Part shown: in pieces, positions 33,977 through 41,627 of the stretch | How the letters are laid out: each line of letters starts with the position of its first letter | Numbering within the stretch: position 1 is the first letter of the stretch | IMG/VR virus record: IMGVR_UViG_3300013947_000011 | Coordinates: 1-42,741 of that record | Strand: one strand, 5' to 3' | DNA: 42,741 nucleotides | Source of the DNA: a virus | The notes under the pieces: generated by a model | What the model saw: only the letters and a program-made list of their open reading frames with translations | What the model was told of the DNA's origin: nothing | Database searches by the model: none | Program-made: the position numbers and the translations under genes

Positions 33977-35797
33977 ATGGCCTTTGACAAGACAACCTTT
34001 GTGGACAACCAAACCGTCATCGACGCTGCCACCCTCAACGCCATCCAGGATGAGTTGGTCCGGGTGGGAGCTGACAAATCCATGGGCCTGTCCGGTCTGG
34101 CGGCGGATGACCAGATCATGGTATCCGCCGTGGATGCAGACGGCAAGCCCACCGGTTGGCGGAAAAAGTACCGGGACATGCTCAACGTCCGGGACTTCGG
34201 AGCCAAGGGCGACGGCACCACCGACGATACGGCGGCCATCCAGGCGGCGCTGGACGCAGCCAGCGCCAGGGGTATCTCCACCGTGCTGTTCCCCGCCGGG
34301 ACCTATAAGGTCAGCGCAGGCACGGCGGACAACAATTTCTATGCCGCCCTGACGGTGCACAGCGGGCAGCGCCTGGTTTTCGACGCCGCTACCCTACAGC
34401 TGACTGCCAACGGCTACGATTTCTACGCCGTGCTGAACATCCACAACGTGAACAACGTCACCGTCGAGGGCGGCCTGACCATCGTCGGCGACCGGGAGTC
34501 CCACACAGCCACCACCGGCGAGAGCGGCCACGGCATCCGTATCGTCAACAGCCACAACGTCCATGTCAGCGACGTAAACATCCGGTACACCTGGGGCGAC
34601 GGCGTATGCGTGGGCGGCAACGGGACCATGGCGGAGATATCCCAGAACGTGACGCTGGAGCGCATCCGCACCTACAAGTGCAGCCGCAACGGCCTGTCCA
34701 TTATCGAGGCGGACGGCGTGGTGGTGCGGGACTGCGACTTCACCTATACCGACCGCACCGCCCCCCAGTACGGCATCGACGTGGAGCCCAATCTGGGCAC
34801 GGCCACCAACATCACCATCGAAAACGTGCGGATGCTGAACAACGGCATCGGCGGCTTCGCACTGTACACCACCAAGGCCACCCTGCCCGGTGTGCTGACC
34901 TTGCGGAACATCGAGACGGACGCCAAGACCATTATATACACCAGCAGCGCCGCAGGCGGCACCTTTGACGTCCGCGTGGACGGCTGGCGGCATACCCAGA
35001 AGTCCGGGGAATCCAATCCCACGCTGCGGCTGTCCGGCAAGGGGAGCCTGCGGATCAAGCAGCTGTACGTCGTCAACAAGAGCGCCAACCGGGTCATCAT
35101 CCCGCTGGACATTGAAAATCTGCGCATGGACGGCGTGACGGTGGAGGATGACCCGACGGTGAGCATAAAGGGAACGCTCTCCATCTCAGGATCGGCGGAT
35201 ACCTCCATTGACAAGGCCGTCATCACGGGATTTCTCAGCCGGAACCCGGCGGAGGTGACCTGGTATTCCGGCAACCAACTGACGGTGGACAATTTGCAGG
35301 ACACGGTGGTGAACCTCAACGAGCACCTGACCACCGGCGGCAGCAGCGAGAGCTACAAGCTGCTGCTGTGCGACAAGACGCTGGTGCTGGGCACGGCCCT
35401 CAGCGCCAAGGCCCGGGTGTTCATCCCGTACACCTACGGCAACGTGAATCCCTTCCGGGTGGTGAACACCACGGCCACGGAGGTACAGCTGTACACCACG
35501 GTGTCGGCAGGCATTACGTTTGTGGGCGACGTCCCCGGCGGCAGCTCCGCCAACTCCGCTTCGCTGGCCGGGAACGCCAGCTATGAGGTCACACCCATGC
35601 TGGCCAGCGGCCTGGTGTATGTGCGGAAGCTGAACACCCCGGTCCCTGCCAAGACCTCCGAAATCACCAACGACAGCGGGTACCAGACGGCGGCGCAGGT
35701 GGAATCCACCGTAACAGGCAAGGGATATCAGACGGCGGCACAGGTCAGCGCCGCCATTACGGCGGCCATCGGCGCAGCAATGGAGGCGAGCTACTGA
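33977..35797 (+). CDS. Tailspike with pectate-lyase-superfamily beta-helix (putative polysaccharide depolymerase)
   Basis: NVRDFGAKGDGTTDDTAAIQAALDAA signature followed by repeated beta-helix rungs (NVTVEGG, NVHVSD, VVVRDC, ITIENV). Confidence 0.78.
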   Translation: MAFDKTTFVDNQTVIDAATLNAIQDELVRVGADKSMGLSGLAADDQIMVSAVDADGKPTGWRKKYRDMLNVRDFGAKGDGTTDDTAAIQAALDAASARGISTVLFPAGTYKVSAGTADNNFYAALTVHSGQRLVFDAATLQLTANGYDFYAVLNIHNVNNVTVEGGLTIVGDRESHTATTGESGHGIRIVNSHNVHVSDVNIRYTWGDGVCVGGNGTMAEISQNVTLERIRTYKCSRNGLSIIEADGVVVRDCDFTYTDRTAPQYGIDVEPNLGTATNITIENVRMLNNGIGGFALYTTKATLPGVLTLRNIETDAKTIIYTSSAAGGTFDVRVDGWRHTQKSGESNPTLRLSGKGSLRIKQLYVVNKSANRVIIPLDIENLRMDGVTVEDDPTVSIKGTLSISGSADTSIDKAVITGFLSRNPAEVTWYSGNQLTVDNLQDTVVNLNEHLTTGGSSESYKLLLCDKTLVLGTALSAKARVFIPYTYGNVNPFRVVNTTATEVQLYTTVSAGITFVGDVPGGSSANSASLAGNASYEVTPMLASGLVYVRKLNTPVPAKTSEITNDSGYQTAAQVESTVTGKGYQTAAQVSAAITAAIGAAMEASY

Positions 35798-36408
35798 TGG
35801 GAAAGTACAGCACCCTGAGCGCTCTGCTGAGCGCCATTGCGGACGCCATCCGCAGCAAGACCGGCGGCGGGATGGCCATTGCCGCCGAGGACTTCCCGGA
35901 GGCCATCAGCGGCATCGTCACCGGCGGCGGAGTGGATACCGGTGACGCCACGGCCACGGCGGGCGACATTCTGGCGGGCCTGACGGCGTATGTGGCCGAG
36001 GGAAAGGTCACCGGCACGCTGAAAATGGCCCAGGGCACCGTGACACTGGGCAAGACAGTGACCAGCGCCGTCTACGAGACCGTCACCCACAACCTGGGCA
36101 CGGTCCCGTCCCTGATCCTCCTGCGGGTGGAGAATACCCCCGCCTTTGACGGGACGGCCACCTACAACGTGGTGTGCGGATATGCGGTCAACTTCGCCTC
36201 CGGGCTGGTGCCGGGGGTGCGGACCAACAAATCCGCCGCCCAGTGCATCAACTCCAGCGGCAGCGGAGCGGGCGACGCTACCGCAGCGGCGGCAACCACC
36301 TGCGTGGCGGACCAGATCACCGCCAGTTCCTTCCGCCTGCGGACCAACGGCTCCTCCCGATGCTGGGCCAACGGGTCCCGGATCCGGTGGATCGCGCTGG
36401 CCCTCTAA
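35797..36408 (+). CDS. Hypothetical tail-fibre-module protein
   Basis: ATGA overlap with the tailspike gene. LSALLSAIADAIRSKTGG motif. Confidence 0.5.
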   Translation: MGKYSTLSALLSAIADAIRSKTGGGMAIAAEDFPEAISGIVTGGGVDTGDATATAGDILAGLTAYVAEGKVTGTLKMAQGTVTLGKTVTSAVYETVTHNLGTVPSLILLRVENTPAFDGTATYNVVCGYAVNFASGLVPGVRTNKSAAQCINSSGSGAGDATAAAATTCVADQITASSFRLRTNGSSRCWANGSRIRWIALAL

Positions 36409-36414
36409 GGTGTG

Positions 36415-36438
36415 AAAAAGGAGGGCGATTAGCCCTCC
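36415..36438. terminator. Bidirectional hairpin GGAGGGC-GATTA-GCCCTCC
   Basis: A-run upstream and T-containing run downstream. The loop contains the stop codon of the RHH gene. Confidence 0.5.
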
Positions 36439-36569
36439 CGTTTCAGCGCCTGTGTTATCAGGTGCTCGATGTAGTTGGATACGCTGCGGCCCTCCGCTTC
36501 GGCGGCGGCCTGGATTTGCTCTTTGAGCTCCGGCGTGAGCCGGATGTATAGACGTTCTGTCTTTTTCAC
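36429..36569 (-). CDS. Ribbon-helix-helix (CopG/Arc/MetJ-type) protein, 46 aa
   Basis: My own translation: VKKTERLYIRLTPELKEQIQAAAEAEGRSVSNYIEHLITQALKREG. GTG start 8 nt after GGAG. Absent from the ORF track because it is shorter than 60 aa. Confidence 0.72.
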   Translation of the reverse strand: MKKTERLYIRLTPELKEQIQAAAEAEGRSVSNYIEHLITQALKREG

Positions 36570-36587
36570 GACTCTACTCCTCTTTGC

Positions 36588-36788
36588 TCAGGCGACGGGG
36601 TTTTCCTTGCTGAACTCCCACTCCTCGCCATACTTTGCGGCGTGGGCCTTCTCGTAGGCGGAAAAGAACTCCTGCTCAGTGCAAGGAGCGAGTTCACTGT
36701 GGATGGTTTCCCGGATTTCGTCGTCCATCAGGTTGACGGCGGCGTCAAAATCGATCTCGGTGCCATAGTTGTTAATAACGATTGTCAT
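36588..36788 (-). CDS. Small strongly acidic protein (66 aa)
   Basis: About 15 Asp/Glu against 4 Lys/Arg. First gene of the leftward pair. Confidence 0.6.
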   Translation of the reverse strand: MTIVINNYGTEIDFDAAVNLMDDEIRETIHSELAPCTEQEFFSAYEKAHAAKYGEEWEFSKENPVA

Positions 36789-36790
36789 GT

Positions 36791-36861
36791 CTATTGTCCT
36801 TCCCGGCCTTGTGGCCTGTCCGTTATCTTTAGCTTGGCTCTATTGTACGCCTATTGTACGC
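36791..36861. promoter_or_regulatory. CTATTGTACGC tandem direct repeat (36840-36850, 36851-36861) plus partial copy CTATTGTCC (36791-36799); candidate operator
   Basis: Exact 11-bp tandem duplication upstream of the leftward acidic-protein/RHH operon. Confidence 0.5.
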
Positions 36862-36937
36862 ACAAGTCAATTGGTGAAATAGCCAAACATTACACAAAAA
36901 ATTAAAGCAAAATCACAAATTGAAAGGAGATACACGC

Positions 36938-37411
36938 ATGAAAGAGAACACAATCAAGGCCGCGCTGGCGGCCACCCTGGGGGCACTGTGCGCCTACGGC
37001 TTGCAGTTGCTGGTGCCGGTGATGGTGCTGGTAGCGGTGATGCTGCTGGACTACGCCACGGGCATGGCTAAGGCATGGAACGCCGGGGAGCTGTCTTCCC
37101 GGGTGGGCCTCAAGGGCATCTTGAAGAAGGTGGGCTATCTGGTCATCGTCGGCGTGGCGGCTGTGGTGGACTGGCTGCTGCGCTATGGAGCCGACACTGT
37201 GGGCTGGGACTGGCCGGTAGAGTTCCTGTTTGCCAGCATCGTCATTATCTGGCTGGTCATCAACGAGCTGCTGTCCATCCTGGAGAACGTGTCGGCCATC
37301 GGCGCTCCGGTGCCGGGCTTCCTCCATGCGCTGCTGAAGAAGTTGAAGGTACATACTGAGGACACGGCGGCGGACAAGCTGCCGGGAGAGGAGGACAACG
37401 ACAATGAGTAA
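36938..37411 (+). CDS. Holin (toxin-secretion/phage-lysis holin family, TcdE-like)
   Basis: Three or four TM segments, DYATGMAKAW and INELLSILENV motifs, charged C-terminal tail. Confidence 0.82.
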   Translation: MKENTIKAALAATLGALCAYGLQLLVPVMVLVAVMLLDYATGMAKAWNAGELSSRVGLKGILKKVGYLVIVGVAAVVDWLLRYGADTVGWDWPVEFLFASIVIIWLVINELLSILENVSAIGAPVPGFLHALLKKLKVHTEDTAADKLPGEEDNDNE

Positions 37412-38090
37412 GAAGGTCTACATTTCCCCCAGCGACCAGACGGAAAACCGCTACGCCTGGGGCAATACCAACGAGCATGTCCAGTGCCAGAAGATCGCCG
37501 AGGCAGAGGCTGCCGCCCTGCGCCGCAGCGGCGTGGAGGTGAAGCTGGCAGCCTTCGGGTCCACCATGGCCCAGCGCTGTGCCGAGTCCAATAGCTTCGG
37601 CGCGGACATCCACAACTGCGTCCACACCAATGCCGCCAACGGCAAGGTCATGGGCACCCGCCTGTTCTGCTACGCCATCCCCGGCAAGGGCTACGACGCC
37701 TGCAAGGCCGTGTTTGACCAGCTGGCCCCGCTGACGCCGGGAACCTCCGAGAACATCCAGAAGAATCCCCAGCTGTACGAGGTGCGCACCCCTGCCGCGC
37801 CGTCCGTGTACTGCGAGTGCGAGTTCCACGACACCGCCGAGGGTGCCAAGTGGATCGTGGAGCACACCACAGACATCGGCGAGGCCATCGCTAAGGGTCT
37901 GTGCAAGTACCTGGGCGTGAAGTACGTCCCGGCCAAGCAGGAGGCTTCCAAGCCCGCCGAGACCACCCAGGGCGATACCCTGTACCGGGTCCAGGTGGGC
38001 GCTTTCGCCGTCCGCGCTAACGCCGAGAAGATGCTGGACCGCCTGAAAAAGGCTGGGTTCAGCGGATTTGTTGTGGAAGGCAAGAAGTAA
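37404..38090 (+). CDS. Endolysin: N-acetylmuramoyl-L-alanine amidase (Amidase_3-like) with C-terminal SPOR domain
   Basis: ADIHNCVHTNAANG and YCECEFHD metal/catalytic motifs. C-terminus YRVQVGAFAVRANAEKMLDRLKKAGFSGFV is SPOR-type. Confidence 0.88.
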   Translation: MSKKVYISPSDQTENRYAWGNTNEHVQCQKIAEAEAAALRRSGVEVKLAAFGSTMAQRCAESNSFGADIHNCVHTNAANGKVMGTRLFCYAIPGKGYDACKAVFDQLAPLTPGTSENIQKNPQLYEVRTPAAPSVYCECEFHDTAEGAKWIVEHTTDIGEAIAKGLCKYLGVKYVPAKQEASKPAETTQGDTLYRVQVGAFAVRANAEKMLDRLKKAGFSGFVVEGKK

Positions 38091-38101
38091 GCCCAGTTCT
38101 C

Positions 38102-38124
38102 AAATTACCCACGAAATTACCCAC
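38102..38124 (+). repeat. Arm-type repeat pair AAATTACCCAC-GAAATTACCCAC (left of attP core)
   Basis: The same tandem pair recurs at 38322-38344. Confidence 0.8.
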
Positions 38125-38171
38125 GCGCCCAGTAAAATCGAGCAACACCAATATGATTAGCCGCTTTTAGC

Positions 38172-38199
38172 TGGGGTTCGAATCCCCGACGGGGCACCA
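38172..38199 (+). other. attP core: 3' fragment of a tRNA gene (T-arm, acceptor 3' strand, ACCA)
   Basis: TGGGG-TTCGAAT-CCCCG-ACGGGGC-A-CCA. No matching 5' acceptor strand (GCCCCGT), D-arm or anticodon arm lies upstream. Confidence 0.7.
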
Positions 38200-38203
38200 A
38201 ATT

Positions 38204-38248
38204 AAAACCCGTGTATCCGCAATGGATATGCGGGTTTTCTTTTGTTTT
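38204..38248 (+). terminator. Strong intrinsic terminator after the lysis genes / tRNA fragment
   Basis: 15-bp stem AAAACCCGTGTATCC/GGATATGCGGGTTTT with a 5-nt loop, followed by TTTTCTTTTGTTTT. Confidence 0.85.
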
Positions 38249-38321
38249 CGAGGGGTTTCTGCGTTTCACCTTCCTGCGTATTCCGCAAGAAATTCGCAGT
38301 TCATGCGCATATTTTACACAC

Positions 38322-38344
38322 AAATTACCCATGAAATTACCCAC
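38322..38344 (+). repeat. Arm-type repeat pair AAATTACCCAT-GAAATTACCCAC (right of attP core, next to int)
   Basis: 22 of 23 nt identical to 38102-38124, in the same orientation. Confidence 0.8.
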
Positions 38345-38357
38345 AAAAAACCGGACC

Positions 38358-39365
38358 CTACTCCGGCGTGATGATTCCCTCGAAAAAGCTGTCCACTTTT
38401 TCGGACACAGCTTTCTGCCCACTTGACATGGTGTGCTGGTAAACTGTTTTCAGCATGATATCCGTGGCATGCCCCATGCGCTCTTGTGCGTACTTGTTTG
38501 GGATGCCAAGCGCAAGCATAACACTGGCGTTAATATGGCGCAGATCGTGAAACCTGTAATGCTGAACCCCGGCCCGCTTGCAGATTGTCTGGAACCGGGA
38601 ATAAAGTGACTGCCGCTTCCCAGGGAAAACGTACTCTGATGCGTGGGGAGCGTCCTCCATCAGCCGCAGGATATATTCCGGCACCAGCAAATCCCGCTGT
38701 GAGCTGTAGGTCTTTGTGGTTTTCTCGCCCTCGTCTACCCTGGCCCGCCGGATGTGGAGCACATTGCCGTCGAGATCGTCCCATTTCAGGCCGAGGATTT
38801 CTGACATGCGCAGCCCCATCCAGACGGCCAGCATGATGGGCAATTCGTCACTTGTCCCCTTTGCCGCTTTCGCAATCTTAGCAATATCTTCGACGGACGG
38901 TATTGCAATGTCATATTTCACCTTCTGTGGGAATGTTGTGTGGAACGTCATATCCGGGTTGTAGGCCGTCAGAGCCGCGCTCAGAAGTCCGTGGGCGTTC
39001 CGGACGCTCTTGGGCGACCTCTCCTTTGCCATCTCGTTCACGGCCTTCTGGACTGCCTGCTGCGTCACTGTGCTTACCGGTGTACTCGCCAGCCACTCCG
39101 GCAGGGCATTCGCCTGAATCCGCCTATACCCGGCGATTGTCGATGGGGACAGCACGGCATCCTTGCTGTCAATGTACAGGTCTATCGCCTCGCCAACGGT
39201 TATGTCTCGCCGTTTCTGGGCGCTCTGCAAGCCCGTTTTCACGGCGGCGGCCTTAGCCTCCGCCTCCCTTTTCGTCGGCTCTGTGATAGACAGGCGAACA
39301 CCGTCCACCATTAGCTTTACGTTCCAGTTGCCGGACGGCAGCTTTGTGGCCTTTGGTATTTTCAT
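38358..39365 (-). CDS. int: Tyrosine integrase
   Basis: ATG at 39365 after GGAGG. N-terminal SAM-like domain. Catalytic motifs LRMSEILGLKW (Arg), HDLRHINAS (HxxR), MGHATDIMLKTVYQH (His...Tyr). Confidence 0.92.
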   Translation of the reverse strand: MKIPKATKLPSGNWNVKLMVDGVRLSITEPTKREAEAKAAAVKTGLQSAQKRRDITVGEAIDLYIDSKDAVLSPSTIAGYRRIQANALPEWLASTPVSTVTQQAVQKAVNEMAKERSPKSVRNAHGLLSAALTAYNPDMTFHTTFPQKVKYDIAIPSVEDIAKIAKAAKGTSDELPIMLAVWMGLRMSEILGLKWDDLDGNVLHIRRARVDEGEKTTKTYSSQRDLLVPEYILRLMEDAPHASEYVFPGKRQSLYSRFQTICKRAGVQHYRFHDLRHINASVMLALGIPNKYAQERMGHATDIMLKTVYQHTMSSGQKAVSEKVDSFFEGIITPE

Positions 39366-39625
39366 TGGTGTACCTCCTTCGTAGAATTTTCTCCGCCCGA
39401 TTTGGGCAGAATGCGGATTGACTAATTCGAACAAAAGTTCTATTATTGAATGCATAGAGAAACCGAGGATAAACCCGCCAGGAAATTCATTAGATTCTGT
39501 TTGTTTGCCCCGCAGTTCTCGGTGTGTGGAACTCGCGGAGCGATTTTGAAAAAAATCTGACTATCCGTGCATACTATAGTTGGCATTTTCAACACGAGGG
39601 CCAAAAAGTATGGTAGGATGGTTAC

Positions 39626-39856
39626 ATGGACAGCAGAGTTAAGGATAGGCGGTTGTATTTCGGGCTTACGCAACGGGAGATTGCAAGGCGCATTGGAATA
39701 ACCAGCACAGCTATGTCCGAAATCGAACGCGGTGTGCACATCCCCAGCGCCGTGGTGGCTATCCTTATTGCGCGAGAACTCAAGACAAGCGTGGAGGACT
39801 TGTGGGGAGACGTAGCGGACAAATACCGGCCAAAGGATGTGGAGAGAAAAAAGTGA
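39626..39856 (+). CDS. XRE-family helix-turn-helix regulator
   Basis: LTQREIARRIGITSTAMSEIERGVHIPSAVVAILIAREL. Confidence 0.78.
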   Translation: MDSRVKDRRLYFGLTQREIARRIGITSTAMSEIERGVHIPSAVVAILIARELKTSVEDLWGDVADKYRPKDVERKK

Positions 39857-39871
39857 GGGGTGGGCGTTGCA

Positions 39872-40021
39872 ATGGCAGATACTTGTGTTATAATAGAACA
39901 GATGAACGATAAGGCTAAGGGCGAGTTGGTCGGCAAGGCGATAGAGATGATCTGCAAGCTGACAGACGCGCAGCTCTACCGCATTATGGAGGCAATGAAG
40001 AATGACGAACCAGCCGAGTAA
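39872..40021 (+). CDS. Hypothetical small protein (49 aa)
   Basis: My own translation: MADTCVIIEQMNDKAKGELVGKAIEMICKLTDAQLYRIMEAMKNDEPAE. Weak RBS. Confidence 0.35.
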   Translation: MADTCVIIEQMNDKAKGELVGKAIEMICKLTDAQLYRIMEAMKNDEPAE

Positions 40022-40067
40022 ACCGGCTGCGTGGGCCCAGTACACTTTTTGCAGGGGGTGATTAGAT

Positions 40068-40259
40068 ATGAGTAATTCGGTGCTGTATGCGCTTGCTCTG
40101 TTCGCCGTTGCTGGCACAGTCATGCAATGGGTCAACATCTGGCATATCCTGAATAGGCTGGATGCGCTGGAGCGAGGGCGCTGGTCAGCAGAACTTCCCC
40201 AGCAGATACCCGCCGAGCATGCACAGGACGCTGCAAATGATTCCGGCCCAGAAATATAG
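40068..40259 (+). CDS. Small membrane protein (N-terminal TM helix)
   Basis: GGGGGTG RBS 7 nt upstream. Its 3' end overlaps the convergent gene 40185-40394 by 75 nt. Confidence 0.4.
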   Translation: MSNSVLYALALFAVAGTVMQWVNIWHILNRLDALERGRWSAELPQQIPAEHAQDAANDSGPEI

Positions 40260-40394
40260 CCGCGACATCTTTTCAGCCCTCCGCTTTTCTTCTTCTGCCC
40301 GCACAAGCCTATCGACGATGGGCGGCACAACTTTCCCCGCCGCAATATCCGGGATTTTAAATTCCGTCCCTTGGAAATTGATATAGTCGCTCAT
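40185..40394 (-). CDS. Small tail-anchored membrane protein
   Basis: ATGA overlap with the upstream repressor-like gene. C-terminal TM segment LYFWAGIICSVLCMLGGYLLG. Confidence 0.55.
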   Translation of the reverse strand: MSDYINFQGTEFKIPDIAAGKVVPPIVDRLVRAEEEKRRAEKMSRLYFWAGIICSVLCMLGGYLLGKFC

Positions 40395-40846
40395 TTGCCA
40401 TCCTCCTCAAAAGCGGCTTTTGCCAGCCGAAGAAACCGTTTCAACCTATCCTCTGGCAGGGACTTCACAAATTCTATAGCTTCCAGCTGCATATCGCTCA
40501 GCGCTTCGCCATCGGCGGGGCGCTCTTTTTTTATGCCCTCCGCACGCTTCTGCTCCACCAGGCTACGCACAAGCTCAATGTCTTTCTGGCACTTTACCGT
40601 CTCCGACTCGTTCGCACCCTTATGCAGCAGAATTTCTTCTGGCGTGGTGTTCAGTAGGATGCACATCTTGGCAGCTTCTTCCGGGGATGGGAGATTTTTG
40701 GGAGGATTTCGGCACCAGTCTGATACCCACGTTTTGTGGTCCTCTCTCCCCATCTTTATACAAAATAGGACGTTGTGACGAAATTCAGCTTTTATCTTAT
40801 CAAGCACTACAGGGATATTCAGTTTGACGGTTCTTCTTCGAGGCAT
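40391..40846 (-). CDS. CI-like repressor candidate (divergent, degenerate XRE-type HTH)
   Basis: ATG at 40846 after GGGGGA. KTWVSDWCRNPPKNLPSPEEAAKMCILLNTTPEEILL fits the XRE HTH layout. It is divergent from a consensus rightward promoter. Confidence 0.6.
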   Translation of the reverse strand: MPRRRTVKLNIPVVLDKIKAEFRHNVLFCIKMGREDHKTWVSDWCRNPPKNLPSPEEAAKMCILLNTTPEEILLHKGANESETVKCQKDIELVRSLVEQKRAEGIKKERPADGEALSDMQLEAIEFVKSLPEDRLKRFLRLAKAAFEEDGK

Positions 40847-40859
40847 TACATTTTCCCCC

Positions 40860-40888
40860 TTTACAGGCATATAATTATTGGCTATAAT
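40860..40888 (+). promoter_or_regulatory. Rightward early promoter 1 (TTTACA-17 nt-TATAAT)
   Basis: 25 of 30 nt identical to the promoter at 41530-41559. Confidence 0.65.
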
Positions 40889-40959
40889 AAAGGTGGTACG
40901 ACAACAAACAACGGGATAAAAACGCAAATAACGGATTACTCGAAAAGGAGGAACATATC

Positions 40960-41172
40960 ATGGAACTATCCGGCCCCAGAATCCTTATCGCGTCTAACGG
41001 GCGCAAAACCTACGCCGTTGTGAATGGAACCCCCACCATCTGCGAAGAACTCGTGTTCTCCGCAGATGGCATTGACGTAACGCTGACCGTGAAAGATCAG
41101 CACCTCGACAGAGGGTTCACCAAAGAGCAATTCGAGGAATTTCTTGAAAGCGAGTTAGGGCTTAAGCTGTGA
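40960..41172 (+). CDS. Hypothetical protein in the Cro position (70 aa)
   Basis: AAAGGAGG RBS. First gene after promoter 1. Confidence 0.5.
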   Translation: MELSGPRILIASNGRKTYAVVNGTPTICEELVFSADGIDVTLTVKDQHLDRGFTKEQFEEFLESELGLKL

Positions 41173-41436
41173 CAGGAAGGACAGCCCTTCCTTTATGGCA
41201 TCTTTCTTTTTATTTTCCATAAGGATGATGGCCTTGTCGGTTAGCCTGACGTTGCCGACAACGTCAATCTGGATATAACCCGCAGCTTTCAGCTCTTTCC
41301 GGCTTTCGGACAAGCTGCCCGCGCAATTTGGGAAATAACCCGCCTGTTCCTTCCCCTGCCCGTTCTTGATTCTCTGGCGATACTCGCTGTAGAGTGTAGC
41401 CAGAGAATCTTTTGCGCTTCGCGTTAAATCTGCCAT
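41155..41436 (-). CDS. Hypothetical protein (93 aa), possibly winged-helix
   Basis: ATG at 41436 after GAGGGAA. Its 3' end overlaps the 40960-41172 gene by 18 nt. Confidence 0.45.
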   Translation of the reverse strand: MADLTRSAKDSLATLYSEYRQRIKNGQGKEQAGYFPNCAGSLSESRKELKAAGYIQIDVVGNVRLTDKAIILMENKKKDAIKEGLSFLSQLKP

Positions 41437-41529
41437 GGTTCCCTCATTTCTCGCCCGCTTGTGCATCATTGCCAAGACGAGCGGTATTTTTTTGTATGTA
41501 TTTATTGGCATAAAAGTAATGCCTTCCGC

Positions 41530-41558
41530 TTGACAGGCATAAAATATATGGCTATAAT
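41530..41558 (+). promoter_or_regulatory. Rightward early promoter 2 (TTGACA-17 nt-TATAAT, full consensus)
   Basis: The spacer GGCATAAAATATATGGC is an imperfect dyad. Confidence 0.7.
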
Positions 41559-41627
41559 AGCAGTACAGACATTGATAAAGGCAACAAAAACCCAGGCCCC
41601 CAAAGATTTCATTTCTTTTGCGGGCTT

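Noticed and set aside
30945-36408. Looked for a diversity-generating retroelement (template/variable repeat pair and reverse transcriptase) in the fibre genes.
   Set aside because: No ORF in the window has reverse-transcriptase motifs. I saw no near-identical repeat of about 100 bp with adenine-specific differences.
36429-36788. Classic type II toxin-antitoxin pair.
   Set aside because: I did not call it one. The RHH gene is downstream rather than upstream, and the partner is a small acidic protein without any toxin motif I recognise. It is kept as an open hypothesis in the findings.
38130-38199. A complete tRNA gene next to the integrase.
   Set aside because: Only the T-arm and 3' acceptor strand fold. 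No complementary 5' acceptor strand, D-arm or anticodon stem could be found upstream, so I interpret it as the attP core.
38117-38422. 101-aa minus-strand ORF across attP.
   Set aside because: It spans the tRNA fragment, the terminator hairpin and the arm repeats. It has no RBS and overlaps the integrase 3' end.
39443-40345. 300-aa minus-strand ORF across the lysogeny region.
   Set aside because: It overlaps the XRE gene and three other better-supported small genes. Its sequence is Cys/His/Leu-rich with no recognisable motif and no RBS.
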